Assembly (NCBI GenBank): GCA_963739225.1
Contig: CAVTZQ010000002.1
Coordinates: 2,331 to 66,330, forward strand
Length of the DNA stretch: 64,000 bases
Reading direction: 5' to 3'
Origin: an uncultured Acidobacteriota bacterium
GTDB lineage: Bacteria > Acidobacteriota > Thermoanaerobaculia > Thermoanaerobaculales > Thermoanaerobaculaceae
Part shown: one piece after another, positions 29,445 through 38,042 of the stretch
Layout: each line of letters begins with the position of its first letter
Numbering within the stretch: position 1 is the stretch's first letter
The notes under the pieces: model-generated
The model's database searches: none
What the model was told of the DNA's origin: nothing
The model's input: the letters and a program-made list of their open reading frames with translations, nothing else
Program-made: the position numbers and the translations under genes

Positions 29445-29974
29445 GTGTTTTCCCCACCCACCCAACACCTCGAGAGCAGGCGCCGTCGCGCTGATTCCGC
29501 CCGCTTCCCTCTCCCAGGCGAAGAGGGCCACGGTGAGGAGACGCGGCTCGCAGCTTCTTGAGGGATGGCTCCTGGCCACGTGGTACACCCCGGTAGCGGG
29601 CGGAGGACCGCTCGAATGCCGGCTGACACCAAGTGCACGACGACCGCACGGCGCCGAGGGGCCTATACTGGTTTTGTAGAGAAGGTCGGCGGGTTGAGGC
29701 ATGCGGAGGGCGGTGGATGTCTTGTGGGAGCCGCCGTATTGAGGTCACGCGGAGCCTGTGGGCGGGCTGGACCGACTGCAACTCCGCCTATCCCAGCTGA
29801 CTGCGCCGAAAGTCTGCATGCGCATGACGCAATTGGCTCGACATTTGGAACGCGCTAATGGGTCAAGGCCGCAGAGACAAACGCAGGTTTGGATGCCTTG
29901 TCGGCGGCGTTCTTAGAGTCTGTCTAATTCGCGTGAGTCGCCTTTTATAGCGCAGCGCGGTTTGGAGGGGGAAG

Positions 29975-30208
29975 ATGTACAAGAACGGTGAGGCAGCCTT
30001 AGATCGGATCCTGGAGCTTGTTGCCAAGTGTCCGAAGGAACTTCAGGAAAAATGCTTCGAGGTTCTGCTTTCCGGCTATGTGCAGCTCGAAGTCGGTGCA
30101 GTGACGCGGCATGTGCAACCACCGGGTGGCCAACCGGCGCAGCAGCCCCCGAAACAAATGCCGTCAGCTGAGTCAGCCATTCCTGCGACGGTCTCTTCCT
30201 CGATTTAA
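29975..30208 (+). CDS. Hypothetical small protein (helical N-terminus plus Pro/Gln-rich tail); may be the N-terminal part of the next ORF
   Basis: ORF track, 77 aa. GGAGGGGGAAG lies just upstream of the ATG. Lower-GC island. The next ORF is in the +1 frame and is open back to 30111, so a single-base indel could be splitting one gene. Confidence 0.45.
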   Translation: MYKNGEAALDRILELVAKCPKELQEKCFEVLLSGYVQLEVGAVTRHVQPPGGQPAQQPPKQMPSAESAIPATVSSSI

Positions 30209-30212
30209 GAAT

Positions 30213-30584
30213 ATGGCCAAACGCCTCGGGGTCGCGCTCCAGAAACTGGAAGCGCTGTTTGACTTTAGTGTGGACCCGTTTGGTTTGCATGCTGTAACGG
30301 TTCCTGGCAAGAACAGCGCGGAAAAGACCCGAAATGTCGCCCTTCTCGCTGCCTCGCGATCGTATCTTGCGACTGGTTCGTGGGTCGCGGATTGGCAAGA
30401 ACTAAAGTCGCTTTGTGTGGACCAAAACTGCTACGACAGCGCGAATCACGCGGGGAACCTCAAGAAGGGCTCTGGACTGCGGTTCAAGGCAGTTGACCCC
30501 GGGAAACCGGTGGAACTCTCTTCTGGAGGGATTAAGGAAGCAGAGAAGCTCCTTAAGACCCTTTGTGAAGGAAGTTCCGAGTGA
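30213..30584 (+). CDS. Hypothetical protein (124 aa), no family recognised
   Basis: ATG at 30213 inside ORF 30111..30584, 5 nt after the previous stop. Its stop overlaps the GTG start of the HEPN gene (GTGA at 30581-30584). Confidence 0.5.
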   Translation: MAKRLGVALQKLEALFDFSVDPFGLHAVTVPGKNSAEKTRNVALLAASRSYLATGSWVADWQELKSLCVDQNCYDSANHAGNLKKGSGLRFKAVDPGKPVELSSGGIKEAEKLLKTLCEGSSE

Positions 30585-31397
30585 TCCCGTCAAGCGAGGA
30601 CCTTGAGTCGTTCCTTGAACGGCTCAGGGAAGTGGACCGCGAGCTAGCCAAACTCAAAGGCGCGGAGGTGCGCAAAGCAGAGGTGCTCGCAACGATTAGG
30701 GCGGTGGCGAAGGATTGGTTGAGGTTCTCGGAACGGCTGTGCGCGGCGGAGACACTCCCACAGGCGAATTTAGCGGCCATTGATTCCCAGTTCGAAACAA
30801 TACTCCAAAGTACGAACGCACGCACACGATCGTCCGCCTATCGTAGCAAACTGGCACCCGTAATCGCTTCGTTCACCGACAAGATTGTGGTTCCGATCAT
30901 TCGGCATGAAGGCAGTCCGGCGCAGGTTGCATCACGCCAACTTCTGGCGGAGTTTGCTGGAAAAGTGTCCGTCGACGAGCAGTCGTACCTTGAAGAGGCG
31001 GCGCGATGTCTCGCGAGCCGGTGTAATCGTGCAGCAATCATCCTCCTTTGGGCCGCCGCCATATCTAGATTTCACTCCGCGATCGAGAAAATTGGCTTTA
31101 ACGCATATAACTTGGCTTTGAGTCAGGCCACGCAGAAGAAAGGCCATCCTTTCAACCGCGTTTCCAAGACTAACGTCTTGAGTTTGCCGGAGCTGCAGCG
31201 CGCCCGGGACTTTGATCTTCTGGTGGTTGGCATGGAGCTATGGGGGTACGATCTCCAAGTCTTTGAAGAAATGGATCGCCTTTTCTGGAATTCGTAATGG
31301 TGCCGCCCATCCAGGAATGCTTAAACCCAGCGCATTGGATGTCCAGCAGTATGCGTCCAAGGTTGGGACATATGTCTTCAGCGTCGTGCCAGCCTAA
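30581..31397 (+). pseudogene. HEPN-domain (R-x4-H) protein with N-terminal coiled coil; reading frame broken by one extra T in a T4 run (31281-31284)
   Basis: ORF 30581..31297 ends ...VFEEMDRLFWNS*. The +1 frame (ORF 31212..31397) reads ...SGIRNGAAHPGMLKPSALDVQQYASKVGTYVFSVVPA*. Removing one T gives EEMDRLSGIRNGAAHPG. R is at 31293-31295 and H at 31308-31310. An upstream helix EEAARCLASRCNRAAIILLWAAA is typical of the first HEPN helix. Confidence 0.6.
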
Positions 31398-31810
31398 GGC
31401 GACAAACCCCGCCGGCACAGGACGGGCCCAAGAACAGCGGACGCCCGTGATTCCGAAGGGTAGATAGCCAGCGGAAGGGATGCCGTGAGCAGGAAGCTGT
31501 AGCTGATCTTTTCGGCTGCGATCATTCTTCTCGCGGCGATCTTTCTTCTCTCCGGGTTCGTGTACCACTGGCCAATCGTGGTCGGGCTCAGGACAATCCC
31601 CTTCGCGTTGTCCTACGTCAGCTTCCCCGCTTCGGCGGTGAATTGCGCCTGGGCTGTCTGGCTGCTTCGTGTGGGAGAAGCCGAGGTGACTATGGCGTCG
31701 CGGGTCTGGGCAGCTACCAACCGCGTTATGCTGGCCCTTGACCAGCGCTCGACGCAGCCACTGGAGGGCGGCCTAAAGTGCTGCCGAAGAATGCGAGGTG
31801 TTCCACATGG

Positions 31811-32203
31811 ATGGGTCAGGGTCGCTCGAGTCGCAAGGCCTCCGGTAAGTCGCCGCCCAGCCAGTTACGAGGGATTCTCGACGACGCCATTCGATACTGG
31901 GAGTCACGGCGTCTCGCCTATAACCTTGTCCTCACAGTGGTGGTCGTCACCTGGGTCGCGTCGACGTGGCCGCATTTCCGTGGGGCATTCACGCTGAAGT
32001 CGGTTCTCGCACTTGTCATCCTTGCAACGCTTGCCAATGTCTGCTACTGCGCCGCCTACGTCGTGGACATTCCGATGCAGCACTCGTCCTTCTGTTTGGT
32101 GTGGCGCCGCCGGCGGTGGCTGCTTTGGGCTGTGGGGATGCTGTTCGCAGTTGCGCTCGCGAACTATTGGATTGCGGACGAGATCTATCCGTATGTCCGC
32201 TGA
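31811..32203 (+). CDS. Small integral membrane protein (3-4 TM), hypothetical
   Basis: ORF 31778..32203. Hydrophobic segments LVLTVVVVTWVAS, VLALVILATLANVCYCAAYVV and WLLWAVGMLFAVALANYW. The start (GTG 31778 or ATG 31811) is uncertain. Confidence 0.45.
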   Translation: MGQGRSSRKASGKSPPSQLRGILDDAIRYWESRRLAYNLVLTVVVVTWVASTWPHFRGAFTLKSVLALVILATLANVCYCAAYVVDIPMQHSSFCLVWRRRRWLLWAVGMLFAVALANYWIADEIYPYVR

Positions 32204-32312
32204 CGGCATAATGGTACCTAGCCGCGACCTGCAACGGACTTCTACTCGCTGGTGCTCTCGCGCGCGCTGAAAGGCGGCGCTGCACGTTGGTGTTACGAGG
32301 GGAGGGGTGAGA

Positions 32313-32731
32313 ATGCCTGAGAGCGCACTGGCGAGGAAGATGAAGCTGAAGGCGGGAGCGCGGGCGGCGGTGATCAACGCGCCGGTCGGGTACCTGAAGG
32401 AGCTTGCACCGCTGCCAGCCGGCGTCGAGCTCTCGGAGAAGCTGCAGGGAAAGTTCGACTGGATTCAGGTGTTCGTACGGACCAGCGCGTGAGCTGACAC
32501 GGCTCGTGCCGAAGTTGATCAAGGCGCTCGCAGATGAGGGCCTGCTCTGGATCTCATTCGCGAAAGGGGACCTCCGGGATGCAGACGGACCTCACGCGCG
32601 ACAAAGGGTGGGACGCACTCAAAGGCGTCGACCTCAAGTGGATCACGTTGATCTCGGTGAACGACACGTGGTCCGCGTTCGCGCTGAGGCAGTATCGAAC
32701 GGGCGAGACCAAGCAAGACGCCTGGCGCTGA
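32313..32731 (+). pseudogene. DUF3052-like protein gene broken by two single-base insertions (about 32490 and about 32569)
   Basis: Three consecutive frames read MPESALARKMKLKAGARAAVINAPVGYLKELAPLPAGVELSEKLQGKFDWIQVFVRTSA | ELTRLVPKLIKALADEGLLWISFAKG | TSGMQTDLTRDKGWDALKGVDLKWITLISVNDTWSAFALRQYR. Together they resemble DUF3052 family proteins as I recall them. Confidence 0.6.
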
Positions 32732-32856
32732 GGCCACTGCTTCGCTCGTGCTGAGCACACACGCCTTGGTGTTCTTGGGCGGGGGTATTAGATCGACGGC
32801 GCATCCGCGGGACAACGGAGAGCTTCACGCAGCGAAGAAGGCCGGCCAGTCCGGAC

Positions 32857-33555
32857 TTACCCGGGCAAGAACACGTCCTTGGGCGCGCCGCAGGACGGGC
32901 AGATCCAGTCGTCGGGAAGATCCTCGAAGCGCGTGCCCGGCGCGATCCCGTTGGCAGGGTCCCCCACTGCCGGGTCGTAGGTGTAGCCACACACCCCGCA
33001 GATCCATGTGGACGCGGCGGTCGCGGGAGGCGCCTTGAGCTCTTTGGGTGCCTCGGGCTGGTAGGTTGGCGCGTTCTTCGGGGCGCGGCCCTTGCGGGCG
33101 TGATAGCCCGAGTAGGTCAGGGGCGCACCTTCCTTGAGAACCTCGGCTCCCACCACCTCGCCGACGAACACGGTGTGTGAGCCCGCGTCCAGCTCCTGGA
33201 GGACCCGGGCCTCGGTGATGGAGAGCGCATGGTCGGTCACCAGCGGGCAGCGCTGCCCTTCCCGGAAGCCGACCTTGGACAGCTTGTCCACGTCCCGCCC
33301 GGACTTGAAACCGAAAAGGCCGATGAACTCCATCGGCACGCCGTCCTCGAGGACGGAGAAGCCGAACCAGCCACCCTCCCGGATGAGGCCGTGCGTGAAG
33401 TTCTCCTTGTTGATCGCGATGGCCACCCGTGGAGGCTGGGCGGTCACCTGGAAGACGGTGTTGGCGATCTGCCCGTTCGCCCTGCCACCGGAGCGCGCCG
33501 TCACGACGTACATGCCGTAGGAAATCGTCCACAGCGCTTTTCCACTCACTTCCAT
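32857..33555 (-). CDS. Flavin reductase-like domain fused to C-terminal rubredoxin (high-molecular-weight rubredoxin type)
   Basis: ORF track, 232 aa. The N-terminal segment [26 protein letters not shown] is like an FMN-binding split barrel. The C-terminal [12 protein letters not shown]...[15 protein letters not shown] carries two CxxC rubredoxin knuckles. Confidence 0.85.
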   Translation of the reverse strand: MEVSGKALWTISYGMYVVTARSGGRANGQIANTVFQVTAQPPRVAIAINKENFTHGLIREGGWFGFSVLEDGVPMEFIGLFGFKSGRDVDKLSKVGFREGQRCPLVTDHALSITEARVLQELDAGSHTVFVGEVVGAEVLKEGAPLTYSGYHARKGRAPKNAPTYQPEAPKELKAPPATAASTWICGVCGYTYDPAVGDPANGIAPGTRFEDLPDDWICPSCGAPKDVFLPG

Positions 33556-33720
33556 CGTTCACCCCCTGGACACACGAAACCGGCTGGCCACGAAAAGACG
33601 TCCCAACTACCTGAGATTGTGCGCCTGACGCCGGTGTGAATCCAGTGGAGGTGTACTCAATCACGCCGCAAACGGCATTTTGTTTTGCCACGCGGATGCG
33701 CGCTCGGCTCCTTTCATTCC

Positions 33721-34349
33721 ACTCCGTGGAGGTTTTCTTTCGCCCCGCGGGCTATGAGCGGTCGCTCGGGCTGCGCGTCGAGCGCAGCCCTCCGACCCGC
33801 CGTCGCGTGCGACCGAGCAGGCACAGGCCGGCGTGCGGACCCTCGCTGTTCCCCTCCCTCGCACGAGACGCTCGGTCGGGGCCAGCGTCTCCACCCGCCG
33901 GTCTGACCGCTCGGTGCCCGCACGCTCCGGCGCCATGGCTCCTGTCGCCCGCGGGGCGGACTTCACCACCACCCTCCCGTGCGCCGCGGACCTGCCTGGG
34001 CCGTCTCGCCAAAGCTGGCGCGTGACCGTGGGGGTTCGCCCAACCGGATCCTGGGTGGGGGGTAATCAATCCGCCCGGCGCTTGCAAGCGGCCATGCCTC
34101 CCGAGGCCGCGGGGACCCAGCGCGCGGCCCGGGACGGGGCGTCGGTGACGCGTGTCTTGCGGACACCGAGGGGCCCCGGCTCGGGACGCGCTGCTGGGTC
34201 GCGGTCGAGGGAGTCTCGGAGCGCAGCAAACGCGGGCGAGCAAGCGACGAGCGGCCGCGCACCCGCCGGGCACAACAAAGCCGTCACGCAGTGGCAAGGA
34301 AGAGGACGACCGCTCAAAGCTCGCGGGGCAACAAAGCCCTCCACGGAGT
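33721..34349. mobile_element. Copy C of the repeat family: 629-bp composite element with about 44-bp imperfect terminal inverted repeats; units 2 and 1 in reverse orientation relative to copy A
   Basis: ACTCCGTGGAGGTTTTCTTTCGCCCCGCGGGCTATGAGCGGTCG at 33721-33764 matches the reverse complement of 34307-34349 (ACTCCGTGGAGGGCTTTGTTGCCCCGCGAGCTTTGAGCGGTCG). 33916-34035 and 34066-34272 match copy A in reverse complement. Confidence 0.8.
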
Positions 34350-34419
34350 AGCAAGGAAGACACTAGCGGTTGAGTCGGAGGGCAATGGGAGCGTAGACTC
34401 CACCCTCCCTGGGAGGGGC

Positions 34420-35739
34420 ATGCTCGAGGCGATCTCCGACCGGCTGCAGAAGGTGTTCAAGACCCTGCGGGGGGAGGGACACCTCACCGAGAGGCACGTG
34501 GACGACGCGCTCGCGGAGATCCGCCGCGCGCTGCTGGCGGCTGATGTGGCCCTTCCTGTTGTGAAGGATTTCATAAGCAGAGTGCGGGAGCGCGCCCTCG
34601 GCAAGGACGTCCTGGGCTCGCTCTCGCCGGCGCAGCAGGTCCTGAAGATCGTGCACGAGGAGCTCACGCGCCTGCTCGGCGGTGAGGAGCGCCCGCTCAA
34701 GTTTAAGGGGTTCCCCGCGCCGATCATGCTGGTGGGTCTGCAGGGGACCGGCAAGACGACCACGGCCGCGAAGGTCGGGGTGTTCATCAAGGGCAAGCTC
34801 GGCAAGCACGTGCTGCTCGTCCCCGCCGACACCCAGCGCCCGGCGGCGCGCGAGCAGCTCGAGCAGCTCGGGGCGCAGGCCGGCCTGCCGGTGCTCGACA
34901 CTCGCCCGTGGCCGTCTCCCCCGGAGATCGCCCGCGCGGCCCTCGTGGAGGCGCGGCGCAAGGGGTTCGAGGTGATCCTCTTCGACACAGCCGGGCGCCT
35001 GCACGTGGACGAGGCGCTTATGGCGGAGCTCACCGAGCTGCACGGCATCCTGGCGCCCAGCGAGGTGTTGTTCGTCGCCGACGCGATGACCGGGCAGGAC
35101 GCGGTGCGCCAGGCAGAGGCGTTCGCGGCGCGGCTGCCGCTGTCTGGCGTCATCCTCACCAAGCTCGACGGCGACGCCCGCGGCGGCGCCGCGCTTTCGG
35201 TCGTCTCGGTGGCGGGCAAGCCGATCCGGCTGGCAGGTGTGGGAGAGCGGCTGGAGGACCTCGAGCTTTTCCACCCCGACCGCATGGCGGCACGCATCCT
35301 GGGGCTGGGCGACATGGCGACCCTCTTCGAGAAGGCCCAGGCCGTGGTTGACGAGAAGAAGGCCGCCGAGCTTGAGCGCAAGCTGAAGAAGGAGGGGTTC
35401 GACCTCGACGACCTGCGCGACCAGCTCAAGCAGATGCGGGGTGGCGGGTTCCTCAACCAGTTGGTGGACCTGATGCCGGGCGCCAGGGCGCTCAAGGCGC
35501 CACAGGTGGACGACAAGAAGCTGGTCCGCTTCGAGGCGATCATCTGCTCGATGACCCCCAAGGAGCGGCGACACCCGGAGGTCATCAACGGCTCGCGCCG
35601 CAAGCGCATCGCCCGCGGGGCGGGGAGCACGGTGGAGGAGGTCAATCGGCTCCTGCGCCAGTACGGCGAGATGAAGCGCCTGGTCAGGCGCCTGGGCAGC
35701 GGTGACCCGCGCAAGGTGCTGAAATCGATGGGCTTGTAG
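34420..35739 (+). CDS. ffh: Signal recognition particle protein Ffh
   Basis: ATG at 34420 (GGGAGGGG upstream) inside ORF 34291..35739. MLEAISDRLQKVFKTLRG, GLQGTGKTTT, DTAGRL, TKLDGDARGG, and an M-domain with a Met-rich tail. Confidence 0.95.
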   Translation: MLEAISDRLQKVFKTLRGEGHLTERHVDDALAEIRRALLAADVALPVVKDFISRVRERALGKDVLGSLSPAQQVLKIVHEELTRLLGGEERPLKFKGFPAPIMLVGLQGTGKTTTAAKVGVFIKGKLGKHVLLVPADTQRPAAREQLEQLGAQAGLPVLDTRPWPSPPEIARAALVEARRKGFEVILFDTAGRLHVDEALMAELTELHGILAPSEVLFVADAMTGQDAVRQAEAFAARLPLSGVILTKLDGDARGGAALSVVSVAGKPIRLAGVGERLEDLELFHPDRMAARILGLGDMATLFEKAQAVVDEKKAAELERKLKKEGFDLDDLRDQLKQMRGGGFLNQLVDLMPGARALKAPQVDDKKLVRFEAIICSMTPKERRHPEVINGSRRKRIARGAGSTVEEVNRLLRQYGEMKRLVRRLGSGDPRKVLKSMGL

Positions 35740-35756
35740 AGGGAGAAGGCACAATC

Positions 35757-35765
35757 TGGTACAAT
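35757..35765 (+). promoter_or_regulatory. Extended -10-like element TGgTACAAT upstream of rpsP
   Basis: Read directly, 47 nt upstream of the rpsP ATG. No convincing -35. Confidence 0.3.
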
Positions 35766-35811
35766 GCGCGTTCGCGGTTCGGCCGCGAGAGGAAGGTGAG
35801 GAGAGAGTTCG

Positions 35812-36048
35812 ATGCTGATGATTCGACTGCGGCGAATGGGCACAAACAAACGCCCCGTGTACCGTGTGGTGGTCTCCGATCGCAAGAAGCCGCCGACTGC
35901 TGCGGTGATGGAAGAGGTCGGTTTCTACAGTCCCCGCAGCGAGCCTGTTGAGTTCCGAGTCAACCGCGAGCGGATCGACTACTGGGTGGCGCGCGGAGCC
36001 CAGCTTTCCCCGACGGTCAAGAGCTTGCTCAAACAGGCCAAGAGCTGA
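35812..36048 (+). CDS. rpsP: 30S ribosomal protein S16
   Basis: ORF track, 78 aa, [21 protein letters not shown]... Confidence 0.95.
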   Translation: MLMIRLRRMGTNKRPVYRVVVSDRKKPPTAAVMEEVGFYSPRSEPVEFRVNRERIDYWVARGAQLSPTVKSLLKQAKS

Positions 36049-36080
36049 AACTGCTGCAGAGTGCTGACTGGGAGGCGCGC

Positions 36081-36311
36081 ATGAAAGAGCTCGTTGAACA
36101 GATCGCGAAGGCGCTCGTCGACCAACCCGACAAGGTCCAGGTGCGCGAGGTGTGTGGCGAACAGACCACTGTGCTCGAGCTGCGTGTTGCCACCGAGGAC
36201 CTCGGCAAGGTGATCGGCAAGCAGGGCAAGACGGCACGTGCGGTCCGCACTCTACTTGCGGCGGCCGGCATGAAGGTGCGCAAGCGCTTCGTGCTCGAGA
36301 TCCTCGAGTAG
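36081..36311 (+). CDS. KH-domain RNA-binding protein (UPF0109/YlqC family)
   Basis: ORF track, 76 aa, with [16 protein letters not shown]. It sits in the conserved position between rpsP and rimM. Confidence 0.9.
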   Translation: MKELVEQIAKALVDQPDKVQVREVCGEQTTVLELRVATEDLGKVIGKQGKTARAVRTLLAAAGMKVRKRFVLEILE

Positions 36312-36845
36312 ATGGAAGGCCGCCCCGAAGCGGGCTGGCTGGCAGTGGGGCGCGTTCGCCGGCCCCATGGCATACACGGGGAGGTCGCCGTCGAGACCGT
36401 GACGGACTTCCCGGAGCGCCTGGTGCCTGGCGTGGAGGTCGGCATCGGGCGCGAGTCCCCCGAGTTCCACAAGGTCGTGCACCAGGTACGCTCGCACAAA
36501 GGGGATTGGCTGCTCAGCTTCGTCGGTATCCGTGACCGCAACGAGATCGAAGGCTGGCGCGGCCTTTGGCTCTTCCTCCCCGCCCAGGAGCGCTCCCAGC
36601 TCCCCGAGAACTACTACTACGAGCACGAGCTCATCGGCTGCCGCTGCCGGCTTGCCGACGGCACCGTGCTGGGTGAGATCACGGAGATGCAGACCGGGCC
36701 CGGGGGCGCACTGCTCGTGGTGGCGGGAGCGAAGGGAGAGGTGCTGGTGCCGTTCGTCTTCCCCATCGTGGTGAGAGTCGACCTCGCGGCACGAACGGTC
36801 GTGCTCGACCCGCCGCGCGGCCTGGTCGACGGCGATGCGCTGTGA
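36312..36845 (+). CDS. rimM: 16S rRNA processing protein RimM
   Basis: ORF track, 177 aa. VGRVRRPHGIHGEV plus a C-terminal PRC barrel. Synteny rpsP-KH-rimM-trmD. Confidence 0.9.
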   Translation: MEGRPEAGWLAVGRVRRPHGIHGEVAVETVTDFPERLVPGVEVGIGRESPEFHKVVHQVRSHKGDWLLSFVGIRDRNEIEGWRGLWLFLPAQERSQLPENYYYEHELIGCRCRLADGTVLGEITEMQTGPGGALLVVAGAKGEVLVPFVFPIVVRVDLAARTVVLDPPRGLVDGDAL

Positions 36846-37629
36846 CATCCTGACGCTCTTCCCCGCGACGGTCGAAACCTACCTGGCCGTCGGGGTGCTG
36901 GGGCGCGCCGCCGCGGTGGGCGTGCTGGACGTGCGGGTCCACGACCTTCGGAAGTGGGCAATCAACCGGTACGGGCAGGTGGACGACGACCCGTACGGCG
37001 GGGGGCCGGGGATGGTGCTCGTGGCCCCGGCGGTGGTCCCGGCGGTACGCGAGGTCGCGGCATTGGCTGCCGAGCCCCACATCGTGCTTCCCGACCCGCG
37101 CGGGCGCCGGTTCGACGATGCGGTCGCCAGCGAGCTGGCCGGCTACGGCCGCCTGCTCTTCGTGTGCGGGCGCTACGAGGGCTTCGACGAGCGCGTTCAC
37201 GAGATCCTGCGGGCCGACGAGATCTCGCTCGGGGACTTCGTGCTCTCGGGTGGGGAGCTGGCCGCGCTGGCGATGCTCGACGCGGCCGCCCGCCACCTCC
37301 CCGGTGTGGTGGGCGACCCCGGCTCGGTGGCCGCGGACTCCTTTACCTCGCTGCTGCTCGACCACCCGGTCTTCACTAGGCCGCGTGAGTTCGAGGGGCT
37401 GGAGGTCCCAGACGTGCTGGTATCGGGCGATCACGAGGGCGTGCGGCGCTGGCGTCTCGAGGCGGCGGTCCGCATCACCCTGCGCCGGCGTCCGGACCTG
37501 ATCCGGGCGGCCTGGGCCGCACTTTCAGCCGAGACGAGGGCGGTGGTCGTGGCCGTGGCCGCCGAGGAGGGTATCGCCCTCCCGGCCGCCCCGCGGGGGG
37601 CTGGCGGGGACTCTTCCCGCGGCGGGTGA
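36835..37629 (+). CDS. trmD: tRNA (guanine37-N1)-methyltransferase TrmD
   Basis: ORF track, 264 aa. [34 protein letters not shown] and LSGGELAA. Confidence 0.93.
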   Translation: MRCDILTLFPATVETYLAVGVLGRAAAVGVLDVRVHDLRKWAINRYGQVDDDPYGGGPGMVLVAPAVVPAVREVAALAAEPHIVLPDPRGRRFDDAVASELAGYGRLLFVCGRYEGFDERVHEILRADEISLGDFVLSGGELAALAMLDAAARHLPGVVGDPGSVAADSFTSLLLDHPVFTRPREFEGLEVPDVLVSGDHEGVRRWRLEAAVRITLRRRPDLIRAAWAALSAETRAVVVAVAAEEGIALPAAPRGAGGDSSRGG

Positions 37630-37694
37630 GGGCGTGTATAATCCCCGTTCCGCGCCATGTCCTTCTCGGGTGTGGTCAGGGCGGGAGGTCTACG

Positions 37695-38042
37695 ATGGAC
37701 TTACGCGAGCTCGAAAAGGAGCAGATGCGAACCGACATGCCGGACTTCGGCCCGGGTGACACGGTGCGTGTGCACGTCAGGGTACGTGAGGGCGAGAAGG
37801 AGCGGATCCAGGTCTTCGAGGGCGTGGTGATCGGCCGTCGGGGCGGCGGGGTGCGCGAGAGCTTCACGGTGCGCAAGGTCTCCTACAGCATCGGGGTTGA
37901 AAGAGTGTTCCCGGTGCACTCGCCAAGCATCGACCGCATCGAGGTGGTGCGCCACGGCCGGGTGCGCCGCGCCAAGCTCTACTACCTGCGAAACCTCAAG
38001 GGGAAAGCCGCACGCCTCGAGGAGGAATACGACCGGCAGTGA
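37695..38042 (+). CDS. rplS: 50S ribosomal protein L19
   Basis: ATG at 37695 (GGGAGG upstream) inside ORF 37626..38042. [29 protein letters not shown] and RRAKLYYLR. Confidence 0.95.
   Translation: MDLRELEKEQMRTDMPDFGPGDTVRVHVRVREGEKERIQVFEGVVIGRRGGGVRESFTVRKVSYSIGVERVFPVHSPSIDRIEVVRHGRVRRAKLYYLRNLKGKAARLEEEYDRQ

Noticed and set aside
29657-29669. A 13-mer, AGGGGCCTATACT, shared by the left inner flanks of both cassettes (29657-29669 and 59071-59083). It could be an att-like core.
   Set aside because: The surrounding sequence does not align and there is no matching copy at the right-hand boundaries. A single 13-mer match is too weak.
31281-31284. Programmed ribosomal frameshifting at the T4 run of the HEPN gene.
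   Set aside because: There is no slippery heptamer of the X XXY YYZ type and no obvious downstream stimulatory structure. The identical +1 pattern in unrelated genes points to indels instead.
31440-31700. Minus-strand reading ...QFTAEAGKLT*DNAKGIVLSPTTIGQWYTNPERRK..., which faintly resembles the HTH N-terminus of an IS3-family OrfA or an excisionase. It would be a transposase remnant inside the island.
   Set aside because: It is only a loose pattern of about 35 aa interrupted by a stop, with no DDE domain or IS ends nearby. The evidence is insufficient without a database search.
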